Assembly: GCA_030606485.1 (NCBI GenBank)
Contig: JAUWGH010000006.1
Coordinates: 1 to 32,000 of the forward strand
Origin: Promethearchaeota archaeon
Lineage (GTDB): Archaea; Asgardarchaeota; Lokiarchaeia; Sigyniarchaeales; SOKP01
Reading direction: 5' to 3'
DNA: 32,000 nucleotides
In this document: positions 18,027-27,578 of the stretch, piece after piece
How positions within the stretch are numbered: the stretch's first letter is position 1
Layout of the letters: every line of letters starts with the position of its first letter
Position numbers and translations under genes: made by a program
The notes under the pieces: generated by a model
The model's database searches: none
What the model was told of the DNA's origin: nothing
The model's input: the letters and a program-made list of their open reading frames with translations, nothing else

Positions 18027-18182
18027 TATTTTTTATTTTGTATAAACATGCAATATGTATATCAAAATCATATTGGTTTACATATTAATCTTTTTGGATT
18101 AATAACGTTTTTCTGAATTAAAAAAATAAAAGGAAATTTAAAATAAATAAATTATTTTATTAGGGAATACTATTTCTTTAGG

Positions 18183-19148
18183 TTACTTCTCCCTCCACTC
18201 TGTCCCGCATTTTCCACACCTATATTTCTTGCCATATACTCTTGGGTAATCCATTATGATGTTATTTTTGTCAATGGTCTCATGAATCATATACTTAAGT
18301 TCCTCGCCACATTTGGGGCATTTACGCCGTCCAATGGGTTTTTCTACTGTTAAAATCCCAGTATCAACATCCATTGCAGTTGGGGTAGGGGGTTCTTTTA
18401 TAGGTTCTATTACCATTTCAGGTTCCTTTACTGGTTCAGGCTCAGGTTCTTTTACCGGTTCAGAGACTTCTTCTTTCTCTAATGCAGATTCTGCAGAAAA
18501 TTGTACATGTTCATCAACAGAGGTCTCAACTTTTTCTTCGAAAATTTTCATAAATTCTGAGTCGTCACCTTCCTCAAAAATAACTTCATTTTGTGATCCT
18601 GCTCTCTCAGCATCAAAACTTCTTGCCCATTGTCCGGCTTTTACTTTTTCTTTAACATTAGTATTCGCACCTTGCCAAATATAAATTTTATCGCCTAAAT
18701 CTGCAATAAAACAATCTTCAGAATCTAAACTTTCTTTTTTAAAGGGTACTTGGATAAATTTCATGGTATTTATATCTTCAAACTCTTCAGAAGAGACTCT
18801 ATAGAGTGTGTTTACATGCTCTCCCGCACCTGACCAATCACCAGTGTCTACATCAATGAGCATAGTCTTTGCTAAATTTTTATCTACGATTTTCATTCCT
18901 CCAACAAGTTGCAAAAACTCTTTAATCTCTTGACCTTGGTCAAGAGTGATGATTTTTGCAGCACCACCTCTTTTTCCATCCAATTCTCTAGCTTTCATTG
19001 CCGCAAATGTTTTTTCATCTACTGAACAATATTTGCCAAGCCATATATAAATTGTTTTTTCATCATCAACAATATAAGTATCTCCAGAGGAAAATATTGG
19101 CTTATTTACTTCCTTTAATTCACCCTTAGCAACTATATATATTTTCAT
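18183..19148 (-). CDS. Two-domain gelsolin (Asgard 2DGel-like actin regulator) with a Glu/Pro linker and C-terminal Zn ribbon
   Basis: Two gelsolin-repeat signatures, FSSGDTYIVDDEKTIYIWLGKYCSVDEKTFA and LDSEDCFIADLGDKIYIWQGANTNVKEKVKA; EPVKEP repeats; CPKC…CGKC. Confidence 0.88.
   Translation of the reverse strand: MKIYIVAKGELKEVNKPIFSSGDTYIVDDEKTIYIWLGKYCSVDEKTFAAMKARELDGKRGGAAKIITLDQGQEIKEFLQLVGGMKIVDKNLAKTMLIDVDTGDWSGAGEHVNTLYRVSSEEFEDINTMKFIQVPFKKESLDSEDCFIADLGDKIYIWQGANTNVKEKVKAGQWARSFDAERAGSQNEVIFEEGDDSEFMKIFEEKVETSVDEHVQFSAESALEKEEVSEPVKEPEPEPVKEPEMVIEPIKEPPTPTAMDVDTGILTVEKPIGRRKCPKCGEELKYMIHETIDKNNIIMDYPRVYGKKYRCGKCGTEWREK
18390..18475 (-). repeat. Imperfect coding repeat, EP(V/I)KEP x3, in the gelsolin linker
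   Basis: The protein reads SEPVKEPEPEPVKEPEMVIEPIKEPP; the + strand DNA shows recurring ggttc…ttt(t)a…ggttc units. Confidence 0.6.
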
Positions 19149-19157
19149 ATAAAAAAT

Positions 19158-19208
19158 ACCTCACAAATATTAACTTATATTTTTCTTATGTTTCTTTCAA
19201 TATATAAA
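19158..19208 (-). promoter_or_regulatory. Putative TATA box and Shine-Dalgarno-like site of the gelsolin gene
   Basis: Minus strand has TTTATATA at 19208-19201 and GTGAGGT at 19164-19158, 9 nt before the ATG. TATA-like words are common in such AT-rich DNA. Confidence 0.4.
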
Positions 19209-19271
19209 TTTATATCAAAAAAATCCGATTAAAATTAAAAAGATAATTGGGTTGTAGCAGATCTCGAGGAT

Positions 19272-20645
19272 TTATTCGTATTCGCTCATAGCTTTTTTAA
19301 TTCTCGAGACAAATTCTGGAATTTTTCTAATATCTATTGAGCTATATGCAATTCTGAAGCCGTTAATTCCTTCATGAGGTTTTTCTATGGGAATTACTCC
19401 AATTTTGTATTTTTTTAGCAACAAATCAGCAAAATCAGTAGCTTTAATCGACTTTAAATTGACAAATAGAAAGAAACCACCACGATTAGGATCAATAGAA
19501 ATTTCATTGCTTTTAATTGTATTCAATTCTTGATTAAGTAAAATATACCTTTTTTCCAACATTTTTTCTACTTTTTTACGGTGCTGTAGGGTTTTTTCAA
19601 TTTCCTGACTTGAGAGTAAAGAGTTAAGAATAGTTTGGTATAAAATATTTGAATTTGAGATTGTGCTTCTTATAAAACCTGAAAATTTATTTTCTATTTC
19701 AACTTTTAACTGTTCTAATTCAAGGTCAGTTGTGATCCAATTTTTATGTATTCCTATAGTTAGTGCACCTATTCTCCCTCCATACATTAATAATTCTTTA
19801 GTTATTCCGTCTAACTTGATTGGAATGATATTTTCTTCCAATTGAAATAAATCATAAAATAATGAGGTTTTTATTGCGTCTATATCATAAGTATATCCTT
19901 CATAGGCATCATCACAAAAAATTATTAATGGTTTTTTGTTTTGGATTGCGATTTTTTTAAATAAATCTATTAAATCACTAGCCTCCTTTCTTGTTGGAAT
20001 ATATCCCGTAGGATTGTTTGGAATATTTAAAATTAAAATTATTTTATCCTGTGTTTTTAACACATCTTGCATCGCTTTTTCTAAGCTTTTTAAATCAATA
20101 GTGTCTTCGGAGAAATAGTTAAAAGATTTTATTTTAGCTCCAATATTTTTTTCTATGATATTATCATAATTACCCCATCTTTTATCTGGCAAGATGATAT
20201 ATTCACCTTGATTTATGAACATACTACAACATGTAAAAATCCCATGAGTAATCCCAGGTGTAAATAGTGTTAAAGTCAGATATTTTTCGAGATCTTTTAA
20301 TGATTTTTTTTTGTTATCATCCAATTGTGATTTCTTAATAATCCAATCTTTCCATCTCTTTCTACTATCAGTTAAACCAGGAATAGAAGCATAAGGTACG
20401 ACATTAGTAATATCAGTATTGAAAAATTGTTTTATATTTTGTAGATAACAAGGAACCCATCGATCTCCTCCAGCCTCAATAAAATCTTTTTCAAAACCAA
20501 ATGCTGCTCCAATTGTTCCACTTATTTCTGCTTCTTTTTTTGCTCTTTCAGCCCAATAAAAAATACTTCGTGGTAAGAAAATCTTTTTTCCGACTTCAGA
20601 AAATGCCTTATAAATTGGAGTATTTTTAATTGTTTCAAATTCCAT
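19272..20645 (-). CDS. Class I/II PLP-dependent aminotransferase
   Basis: LNIPNNPTG, DDAYEG, LDGITKELLMYGGRIG (PLP Lys) and FRIAYS. Confidence 0.88.
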   Translation of the reverse strand: MEFETIKNTPIYKAFSEVGKKIFLPRSIFYWAERAKKEAEISGTIGAAFGFEKDFIEAGGDRWVPCYLQNIKQFFNTDITNVVPYASIPGLTDSRKRWKDWIIKKSQLDDNKKKSLKDLEKYLTLTLFTPGITHGIFTCCSMFINQGEYIILPDKRWGNYDNIIEKNIGAKIKSFNYFSEDTIDLKSLEKAMQDVLKTQDKIILILNIPNNPTGYIPTRKEASDLIDLFKKIAIQNKKPLIIFCDDAYEGYTYDIDAIKTSLFYDLFQLEENIIPIKLDGITKELLMYGGRIGALTIGIHKNWITTDLELEQLKVEIENKFSGFIRSTISNSNILYQTILNSLLSSQEIEKTLQHRKKVEKMLEKRYILLNQELNTIKSNEISIDPNRGGFFLFVNLKSIKATDFADLLLKKYKIGVIPIEKPHEGINGFRIAYSSIDIRKIPEFVSRIKKAMSEYE

Positions 20646-20803
20646 AATTAGCTATTCTTAGTAAGAGTAAAGTTATAAATTTTTTTTTAAATAGAAAATC
20701 CTTTATGGTTCTGTGAAGAAAATGAAAATAAAAACAAATAAGTAAAATATGCTTATTTTTGAAAGTACGTATTTTTAAATATATGCAAATCTAAATTATT
20801 CTT

Positions 20804-21412
20804 ATGGAAAATCAAGATTTAGATGAATTAAATAAAAAGATAAAAGAACAGTTTGATAAAATTACTAAAAACTTTAATAATCTTTTTGAAATAAAGAAGG
20901 TTAGTGAAGAGATTGAAACAAGTGATGTTAAACAAAAAGCCCAAGAAGCAGATGCAAAATCGGGAGACCTTACGAAGATAGATATTTCAAAAAATTTTGA
21001 AGGAGAATGGAATAATTTTATATCTGGTATTCAAAACGGATTTGGAGTTTTAAAAAAATCTACGGAAGAACAATCCAAATCTTTTTTAGAACAATCAGAA
21101 GAAAATAAAAATAAATTTAATCAATTCTTTAAAAATTTGAAAAATAAATGGGATACACAAATTAATACCTGGCAAGATGAATTTAAGCATAAGCAAGAAA
21201 AAACTAAACTTGATTGGGAAAACAAATTGCAAAAAATTAAAGGGGATTATGAAATATGGCAAGAACAGCAAAAACAAGAATTCAAAGAAGGAATGAGGGA
21301 ATTTAGCAGGGCAACTATAAAAGGAGCTTATCAATTTTTAGTATTTATGATTCCTATTCTTGTAGTTGTGATTGTCCTAGTTTGGGTATTAAGTTATGTC
21401 CTTCCCAAATAA
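20804..21412 (+). CDS. Helical/coiled-coil protein with a single C-terminal TM helix (tail-anchored topology)
   Basis: About 175 aa of charged amphipathic helix, then FLVFMIPILVVVIVLVWVLSYVL and a 2-residue tail. No N-terminal signal peptide. Confidence 0.75.
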   Translation: MENQDLDELNKKIKEQFDKITKNFNNLFEIKKVSEEIETSDVKQKAQEADAKSGDLTKIDISKNFEGEWNNFISGIQNGFGVLKKSTEEQSKSFLEQSEENKNKFNQFFKNLKNKWDTQINTWQDEFKHKQEKTKLDWENKLQKIKGDYEIWQEQQKQEFKEGMREFSRATIKGAYQFLVFMIPILVVVIVLVWVLSYVLPK

Positions 21413-21550
21413 AAAAAGAAAGTTATCTGGTCTTTAAGTTAAAAATTTAATTTTTTATTAAATTATGATTTAAATAATCTACTGTTTTTAGCTAATATAT
21501 CTTTATTTCTATAAAAAAAGCGCATAAAAAAGAAATATTATTAAATTGGG

Positions 21551-22612
21551 TCAATACCAAAAAGGTTCTAAAACAAAAATTATCATTAAATAAGCCAGAC
21601 CACAAGCTAAGATTGATAAATAAAACACTAATAGATTATTATCAAAAATAATCCTTCTTTTAATAAATTTTAAATCTAAATTAATTGTAAAGAATTCTTT
21701 AGTTTTTAGAATTCCATAAAAGATCAAAGGTTGGAAATATCTAATAAAAGGAACACTAAAAAACATAAATGAGACCATTGTAACAATGGAAACGAATGTT
21801 ATTTCTATAGGGTCTGCCTTTTTTAATCTGAATATTAAAAATAAAATAGAAATAATTGCGATTAGAAGAATTCTGAAATAAATAGGAGCAAATTCTGCAC
21901 CCAAACTCTCCCAATAAAGATAAATATTGATATAATCTTCCCAGAAAAAAAAGGGTAAAATTAAGAAGCTAAATAATAGGGGAACTACTGATATTAAAAA
22001 AATTTTCATTTCTCTCCAATCTTTTTCAATAAGATATTTTATAAAGAAAAAAGCTACAGTAGGTAATGTATACCATTTCGAAACAATTGATAATGATAGA
22101 AAAATGTAAAATAAATATCGATACTTAATTTCTTTTTTGGGATAAAATATCAACGCCAAAAATAAAAATATAAAAAAGAAAGAGTCCGTAATATGGTACC
22201 CACAATTATCTAAGCTAAACACATTATTTAAAAATAAAAAGGGGTTGATTAAAAACAAACCAAATACATATTCTTTCTTTGGTATTTTAAAACTCTTAAT
22301 AACAAAATAAAACATCAAACAAATTAACATATCAAAAAAAAATGCCCAAAAAGTAAATACTTCAAGAGATCCAAATGATAATACAATGAAAATCTCTAAC
22401 AAAAGCATAGATAAAGGTGGATATACATATAAAGGAATGAAATTTAATTCAACATCTCCCCAACTTCTTGATGGATCTATAACGTGTATATAATAATAAA
22501 AGATTAACATGAATATTCTTATTGCAATTCCCGTAAATATAAAGATTGGAGCCTTATAATCTAACAATTTTTCTAAAAAAGATTTCTCTTCTAATGTTAT
22601 TTTATTTTCCAT
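21551..22612 (-). CDS. Polytopic GT-C-fold glycosyltransferase (GT87 / PIG-M-like)
   Basis: About 9-10 TM segments; acidic first loop (SWGDVE) followed by YVYPPLS; later LSIVSKWY. An AGGTG SD-like site lies upstream at 22621-22625. Confidence 0.65.
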   Translation of the reverse strand: MENKITLEEKSFLEKLLDYKAPIFIFTGIAIRIFMLIFYYYIHVIDPSRSWGDVELNFIPLYVYPPLSMLLLEIFIVLSFGSLEVFTFWAFFFDMLICLMFYFVIKSFKIPKKEYVFGLFLINPFLFLNNVFSLDNCGYHITDSFFFIFLFLALIFYPKKEIKYRYLFYIFLSLSIVSKWYTLPTVAFFFIKYLIEKDWREMKIFLISVVPLLFSFLILPFFFWEDYINIYLYWESLGAEFAPIYFRILLIAIISILFLIFRLKKADPIEITFVSIVTMVSFMFFSVPFIRYFQPLIFYGILKTKEFFTINLDLKFIKRRIIFDNNLLVFYLSILACGLAYLMIIFVLEPFWY

Positions 22613-22878
22613 TTATATTGCACCTAAATCGTAGATAATTTAATTTAATAAAAAATATAAATTTTTTAAATTAAAATAAATTATTCTTAAATATTTTTAA
22701 TTAAAAAGCTTATCATATAGTTATAGGAAGGAGATATATAATCAGTTTATGCTAGATAATGATTTTTATAAGATTTTTCTTATACAAATTATTTGATTCG
22801 ATTTTTAATTTATGAAATAATAAAATAAAATAAAGATTTTTTTATTTTACAATAAATACAACAGAATGGTATTAATTT

Positions 22879-23982
22879 TTGAAGACTTCAATTGTTGTTC
22901 CAATGTGGAATGAAGAAAAACGGGTTGAAAATTCATATAATAAATTGTATGAATACATCTCTAAAAGTGATTTGGATATTCAAATAGTTTTTGCTACTAA
23001 TGGATGTACAGATAAAACAGTTGATATTATTAACGAATTAAAGAAAAAAGATTCAAATTTAATTCATTACGATTACCCGGAATCAATTGGAAAAGGTAAA
23101 GCTATACAGCAAGCCTTCGAAATGGTCCAAACACCTTATGTTATTTTTATGGATTGTGATATTGCAACTGATTTAAAACATGTACCAGAAGTTATTGAAC
23201 ACTTAGAAAATGGAGCTGATGTTGTGATTGGCTCTAGAAAATTAAAAGATTCTGAATGTAAAAGAGGTTTTAAACGCCGTATTTTCAGTACCTTCTATAA
23301 CTCAATGGTTAGAACCCTATTTAGGTCAAAACTTAGAGATCATCAATGTGGATTTAAGGGTTTTCGAAGAAAATCATTCTTAACTTCACTTAATGATATT
23401 GAGAGTTCAGGTTGGTTCTGGGATACAGAAATTTTAATAAAAGCACAAAGGAGAAATCTAAAAGTTGTAGAAATACCTGTTCATTGGGAAGATTTGGATG
23501 AACAATGGTCAAAGTTTAATCTCTTGGGGGATACAAAAAAGATGGCGATAAATCTAATCAGATTTCGATGGAAACTATTTGCTCCATGGTTTCAACAATT
23601 AATAAAATTTTTAGTTGTTGGTGTTAGTAATACACTAGTCTCCATATTTATTCTCTGGCTGCTTGATTTTACAATAGGGCGAGGTTTTTGGGGTTATCCA
23701 TTTGCTTATCTTATAGGAACTACTAATAGTTTTATATTAAACAAACTTTTTACATTTAAGAAAAAACGATTTACGAAAATAACAATATTTCGATATTTTA
23801 TATATTTGGGGTTAGGGATTATTGCAGGAACGATTTATTCATTAATTGCGATTTTTCTTGAGGTTATTATAGGATTAAATTATGTTTATGCAAGTTTTGG
23901 TGGAACAATAATTCACTTTATGGTTCAATTTGTGTTTTACAAATTTATTGTTTTTAAAATGAAAGTAAAAAAATGGGAATAA
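22879..23982 (+). CDS. GT2 polyprenol/dolichol-phosphate glycosyltransferase (ALG5/DPM1-like) fused to a C-terminal GtrA-like membrane domain
   Basis: It reads on the + strand (TTG AAG ACT TCA at 22879; TGG GAA TAA at 23974-23982), so the track label is wrong. Motifs VVPMWNE, GKGKA, FMDCD, DHQCGFK and WFWDTE; 4-TM tail starting LIKFLVVGVSNTLV. Confidence 0.85.
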   Translation: MKTSIVVPMWNEEKRVENSYNKLYEYISKSDLDIQIVFATNGCTDKTVDIINELKKKDSNLIHYDYPESIGKGKAIQQAFEMVQTPYVIFMDCDIATDLKHVPEVIEHLENGADVVIGSRKLKDSECKRGFKRRIFSTFYNSMVRTLFRSKLRDHQCGFKGFRRKSFLTSLNDIESSGWFWDTEILIKAQRRNLKVVEIPVHWEDLDEQWSKFNLLGDTKKMAINLIRFRWKLFAPWFQQLIKFLVVGVSNTLVSIFILWLLDFTIGRGFWGYPFAYLIGTTNSFILNKLFTFKKKRFTKITIFRYFIYLGLGIIAGTIYSLIAIFLEVIIGLNYVYASFGGTIIHFMVQFVFYKFIVFKMKVKKWE

Positions 23983-23983
23983 T

Positions 23984-24688
23984 TTATTTTATACAATAAC
24001 CTACTAAAGAAAGCCCAAATGGTAATTTAAAACCAGAATTTATTAACCTGTTTTCAATTTTAAGCAATCTCACAAAAATTTTTTCTAGTAAATTTGGTAG
24101 ATTAAAAAAATCCAATTTCGGTTCTGATCTTTTTTTCATTATTCTCATTAGTGATACTGGTAAAAATAATAATGAATTCCAATAACTTATTTTAACTTTT
24201 CTAAAATCTTTTAGGAGTTTTAAGATAGTTATTTCACTATACCTTCTGAAATGGTTTAAAGCCTTGTCATGAGAACTAAAAATAAATTGAAATGCAGGTA
24301 CTGTAAAAACTAAATACCCTCCTTTCTTTAATACTCTTCTTACCTCTGATACGGCTTTAAAATCTTCTTCAATATGCTCAAAAACATCAAAAGAACAAAC
24401 AACATCAAAATATTCATCAGGATAAGATAAATTTCTTACATCACACAATTTTTTTTCAATATATAGATTTTCAGGAATTAAGTCAAGAGCCTTTTGATTA
24501 ATATCTATAACATAAACATCTCCATATTTATTCAATATTTTAAGATCTATGCCTGTTCCTGCTCCAATATCTAAAATCTTTAATGTTTTTCCTTTAACTT
24601 TACTCATTAATACATTAATTAAATTCTTTTTACCTCGAAACCAAAAATTTTGTTCTGTTTGTCCAGCGATAAAATCCTTATAATCCAT
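23984..24688 (-). CDS. Class I SAM-dependent methyltransferase
   Basis: ILDIGAGTG, FDVVCSFDVFEHI and LKKGGYLVFTVPA; this type often sits in surface-glycosylation clusters. Confidence 0.85.
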   Translation of the reverse strand: MDYKDFIAGQTEQNFWFRGKKNLINVLMSKVKGKTLKILDIGAGTGIDLKILNKYGDVYVIDINQKALDLIPENLYIEKKLCDVRNLSYPDEYFDVVCSFDVFEHIEEDFKAVSEVRRVLKKGGYLVFTVPAFQFIFSSHDKALNHFRRYSEITILKLLKDFRKVKISYWNSLLFLPVSLMRIMKKRSEPKLDFFNLPNLLEKIFVRLLKIENRLINSGFKLPFGLSLVGYCIK

Positions 24689-24970
24689 AATTAGAAAGTT
24701 TTTCTATCTATTAGTTTATAGTTTAATTAAGAAATATTAATTTTTAATACATTCTATTTCTTTTAACTTAAAATTGGAATGAATAAAATTTATGCCCGAA
24801 ATTTAAAAAAAAGTATTAGATCTTCAAGTTCTTTTTAAATTCTTAAAAAAAAAAGTAAAATATTCGTTCTAATCTAAATTTAAAAAAAATTATAAAGCAA
24901 TATATACCTTTTCTACTTAAAGATTTTAGACCTAATTATTAAATTTGAAATTTTTAATAAAACTGACATT

Positions 24971-25939
24971 ATGACCGAAATTATCCGTGTAGAAAATTTA
25001 AGTAAAAAATTTATAAATAAAAAAGATAAAACTGAAGTCTTGGCTGTTGATAGCATCAATTTTTCAGTAAATTCCGGTGAAATTTTCGGTTTTTTAGGAC
25101 CAAATGGTGCAGGTAAAACGACAACCATAAGAATGCTAGCCTGTTTATTAAGACCAACTCTTGGAAACGCAATTATCAATGGTATGAGTATATTAGAAGA
25201 ACAAGAAAATATAAGAAGTATTATTGGATTTTTAACAGAAAATCATGGGAATTATGAAACTCTAACTGTTAAACAGAATTTAGAATTCTTTGGAAAATTT
25301 TATAATATTCAAAATCTCAATGAAAGGATTGAAGATATTTTAGAACAATTTGAGATGTTAGATAGAATTGAGATGTACGCTGGTGAATTATCAAAAGGAC
25401 TCAAACAAAGGCTGGCTTTAGCTAGGACCCTAATTCACGACCCTAAAATTCTTTTTTTTGATGAGCCTACTGCTGGGTTAGATCCAATTGCCGCTGTTAA
25501 AGTAAGAGAATTAATTCTAAAATTAAAATCAAAAAATCGGACTATATTTATTAATTCTCACAATTTAGAAGAAGTACAAAAGGTTTGTGATAGAGTGGGG
25601 ATTATCGATGAAGGTAGGATAAAACGGATTGGTACATCAGATGAAATTGGAAAAAATTTGTGGGAATTTAGAATTTTAGAAATTAAATTGAAGAAACTAT
25701 CCGATGAAATTATATCTCGATTATCAAAATTTGATTTTATAAAAGAAGTATTTCTAATTAACGGTTGTATTAGAATCCATTTAAAAAATTTGGAAGAATT
25801 TACTCCCATTATTGTTGAAAAAATTGTAGAATTGGGTGGAAAAATAATATCAGTTGAACCTATTGAGTATAGCTTAGAAGATATTTATATAAAATTAATG
25901 GAAGATTCGAAAATTAATCAACAATCAGGGGAGAAATAA
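24971..25939 (+). CDS. ABC-2-type exporter ATP-binding subunit
   Basis: It reads on the + strand (ATG ACC GAA at 24971), so the track label is wrong. Walker A GPNGAGKTT, signature LSKGLKQR, Walker B FFDEPT and H-loop SHNL. Confidence 0.92.
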   Translation: MTEIIRVENLSKKFINKKDKTEVLAVDSINFSVNSGEIFGFLGPNGAGKTTTIRMLACLLRPTLGNAIINGMSILEEQENIRSIIGFLTENHGNYETLTVKQNLEFFGKFYNIQNLNERIEDILEQFEMLDRIEMYAGELSKGLKQRLALARTLIHDPKILFFDEPTAGLDPIAAVKVRELILKLKSKNRTIFINSHNLEEVQKVCDRVGIIDEGRIKRIGTSDEIGKNLWEFRILEIKLKKLSDEIISRLSKFDFIKEVFLINGCIRIHLKNLEEFTPIIVEKIVELGGKIISVEPIEYSLEDIYIKLMEDSKINQQSGEK

Positions 25940-25941
25940 TA

Positions 25942-26745
25942 ATGAAAGTAAAAAATTCTTTTTATATATTTAAAAAAGATTGGCAAGAAATTTATAAGAA
26001 TAAGGAAATTTTATTGCCTATTATTATATTACCAATACTCTTTTCAATTATCTTTCCAATTCTACTTATTGGATCTGCTTTACTCATCCCACCAGAAGAA
26101 ATTAATAATGGTGAAAGTCTTAGAGATTTAATTCCTTTCTTTCAAGGCCAAGAAAATGAAGTTTTAAAAATTATTATTTATTATAATATCAACTTTCTGA
26201 TGAAACCACTTTTCTTATTCACTCCCATGATCTTGACTATGGTAATAGCCTCTGATTCTTTTGCAGGAGAAAAGGAAAGAAAAACAATTGAAAGCCTTTT
26301 AATACTTCCGATAACTGATAAAGAATTGATTTTAGGAAAAGTCTTGACAGCATTTATTCCTGCAATTATAGCAACATGGGCTGCTTTTGGAGCATTTCAA
26401 GCACTGATCTTTTTCATGACTTACGATATAATTGGCTTTAATCTCATTGGATTGGACTGGTATTTATTACTATTTTTATTTACACCATTGCTTTCTTTTT
26501 TTTCCGTAATATTAATGATAATAAACTCATCAAGAGCAAAAGACGCCAAATCTGCCCAAAATGTGGCGGTAATAATCATACTTCCTGTAATCTCCTTATT
26601 TTTCTTACAAATGGCAAATATTTTTGTATTAGACGTTATTAATATACTTATTCTATCAGGTTTTCTCGGATTATTAGATTTATTGATGATTTATTTAGGG
26701 GGAAAACAGTTAAATCGAGATCGTTTGATATCACGAATAAGATAA
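25942..26745 (+). CDS. ABC-2-type exporter permease
   Basis: About 6 TM helices with the motif SFAGEKERKTIESLL…LILGK; 2 bp after the ATPase. Confidence 0.88.
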   Translation: MKVKNSFYIFKKDWQEIYKNKEILLPIIILPILFSIIFPILLIGSALLIPPEEINNGESLRDLIPFFQGQENEVLKIIIYYNINFLMKPLFLFTPMILTMVIASDSFAGEKERKTIESLLILPITDKELILGKVLTAFIPAIIATWAAFGAFQALIFFMTYDIIGFNLIGLDWYLLLFLFTPLLSFFSVILMIINSSRAKDAKSAQNVAVIIILPVISLFFLQMANIFVLDVINILILSGFLGLLDLLMIYLGGKQLNRDRLISRIR

Positions 26746-26769
26746 AAAAGTGAGGAAAATAATAAATTT

Positions 26770-27441
26770 ATGAATTTATTCGAATTATTTATATTTTCTT
26801 TTTTAGTAGCATTAACTGGAGCAATATCTCCTGGACCCCTACTAACTTTTACAATATATAAAACTCTTAAAAGTGAAAAAAAGGGGTATTTAATCGGGAT
26901 TTTGGTTGTCATTGGGCATGCTGCATTAGAATTTGTTTTAATTTTATTACTTTTAACTGGAGTTTCATTTTTTCTTCAAAATATCACCATTCTAATCTTA
27001 ATCGGCTTAATTGGTGGCTTTCTTCTATGCTTTTTTGGTATAATGGTTATTAAAGATGTGTTAAAAAATAGGATCAATATAGAAATAAAAAAAGAAGATA
27101 CAATGGATATTAAAGGTTATAGCAGAAATAGTATTTTAGGAGGAATTTTGGTCTCTATGAGCAATCCATATTGGTGGCTCTGGTGGGCAGTAATTGGTTT
27201 AAGCTTTATGGTAAATTATGAAGTAAGATTTGATCAACCCATTAATATATTATTATTCTTTTTTGGACATGAAATGGGTGATTTAATTTGGTATTTCGCA
27301 ATTTCTGCGTTTGTATATTTTGGAGGGAAATCTTTTAATCCTAAAGTATTTAACATTATTCTGATACTTTGCGGGCTATTTATGGTCGTATTTGGTCTAT
27401 ATTTAGCCATAAATCCACTTATAAATCCACCAACTACATAA
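26770..27441 (+). CDS. LysE/RhtB-family translocator
   Basis: GAISPGP, GHAALE and SNPYWWLWW; about 6 TM helices. Confidence 0.85.
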   Translation: MNLFELFIFSFLVALTGAISPGPLLTFTIYKTLKSEKKGYLIGILVVIGHAALEFVLILLLLTGVSFFLQNITILILIGLIGGFLLCFFGIMVIKDVLKNRINIEIKKEDTMDIKGYSRNSILGGILVSMSNPYWWLWWAVIGLSFMVNYEVRFDQPINILLFFFGHEMGDLIWYFAISAFVYFGGKSFNPKVFNIILILCGLFMVVFGLYLAINPLINPPTT

Positions 27442-27578
27442 ATCAATAATTTTTTTTTCAAATTTTGAATAAAATTGAAAATTTAGTAGTTTATATAGAT
27501 TGAATTGAGATTATGTTTGTAGTAATTCGGAAATTTAATCCTATTATCAAAATAAATTCAAAAAAAAGGTTTTATTAA

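Noticed and set aside
22879-23982. ORF-track minus-strand label for the GT2-GtrA gene
   Set aside because: The listed protein reads directly on the + strand from TTG at 22879 to TAA at 23980-23982.
24971-25939. ORF-track minus-strand label for the ABC ATPase
   Set aside because: The listed protein reads on the + strand from ATG at 24971 and is 2 bp from the + strand permease.
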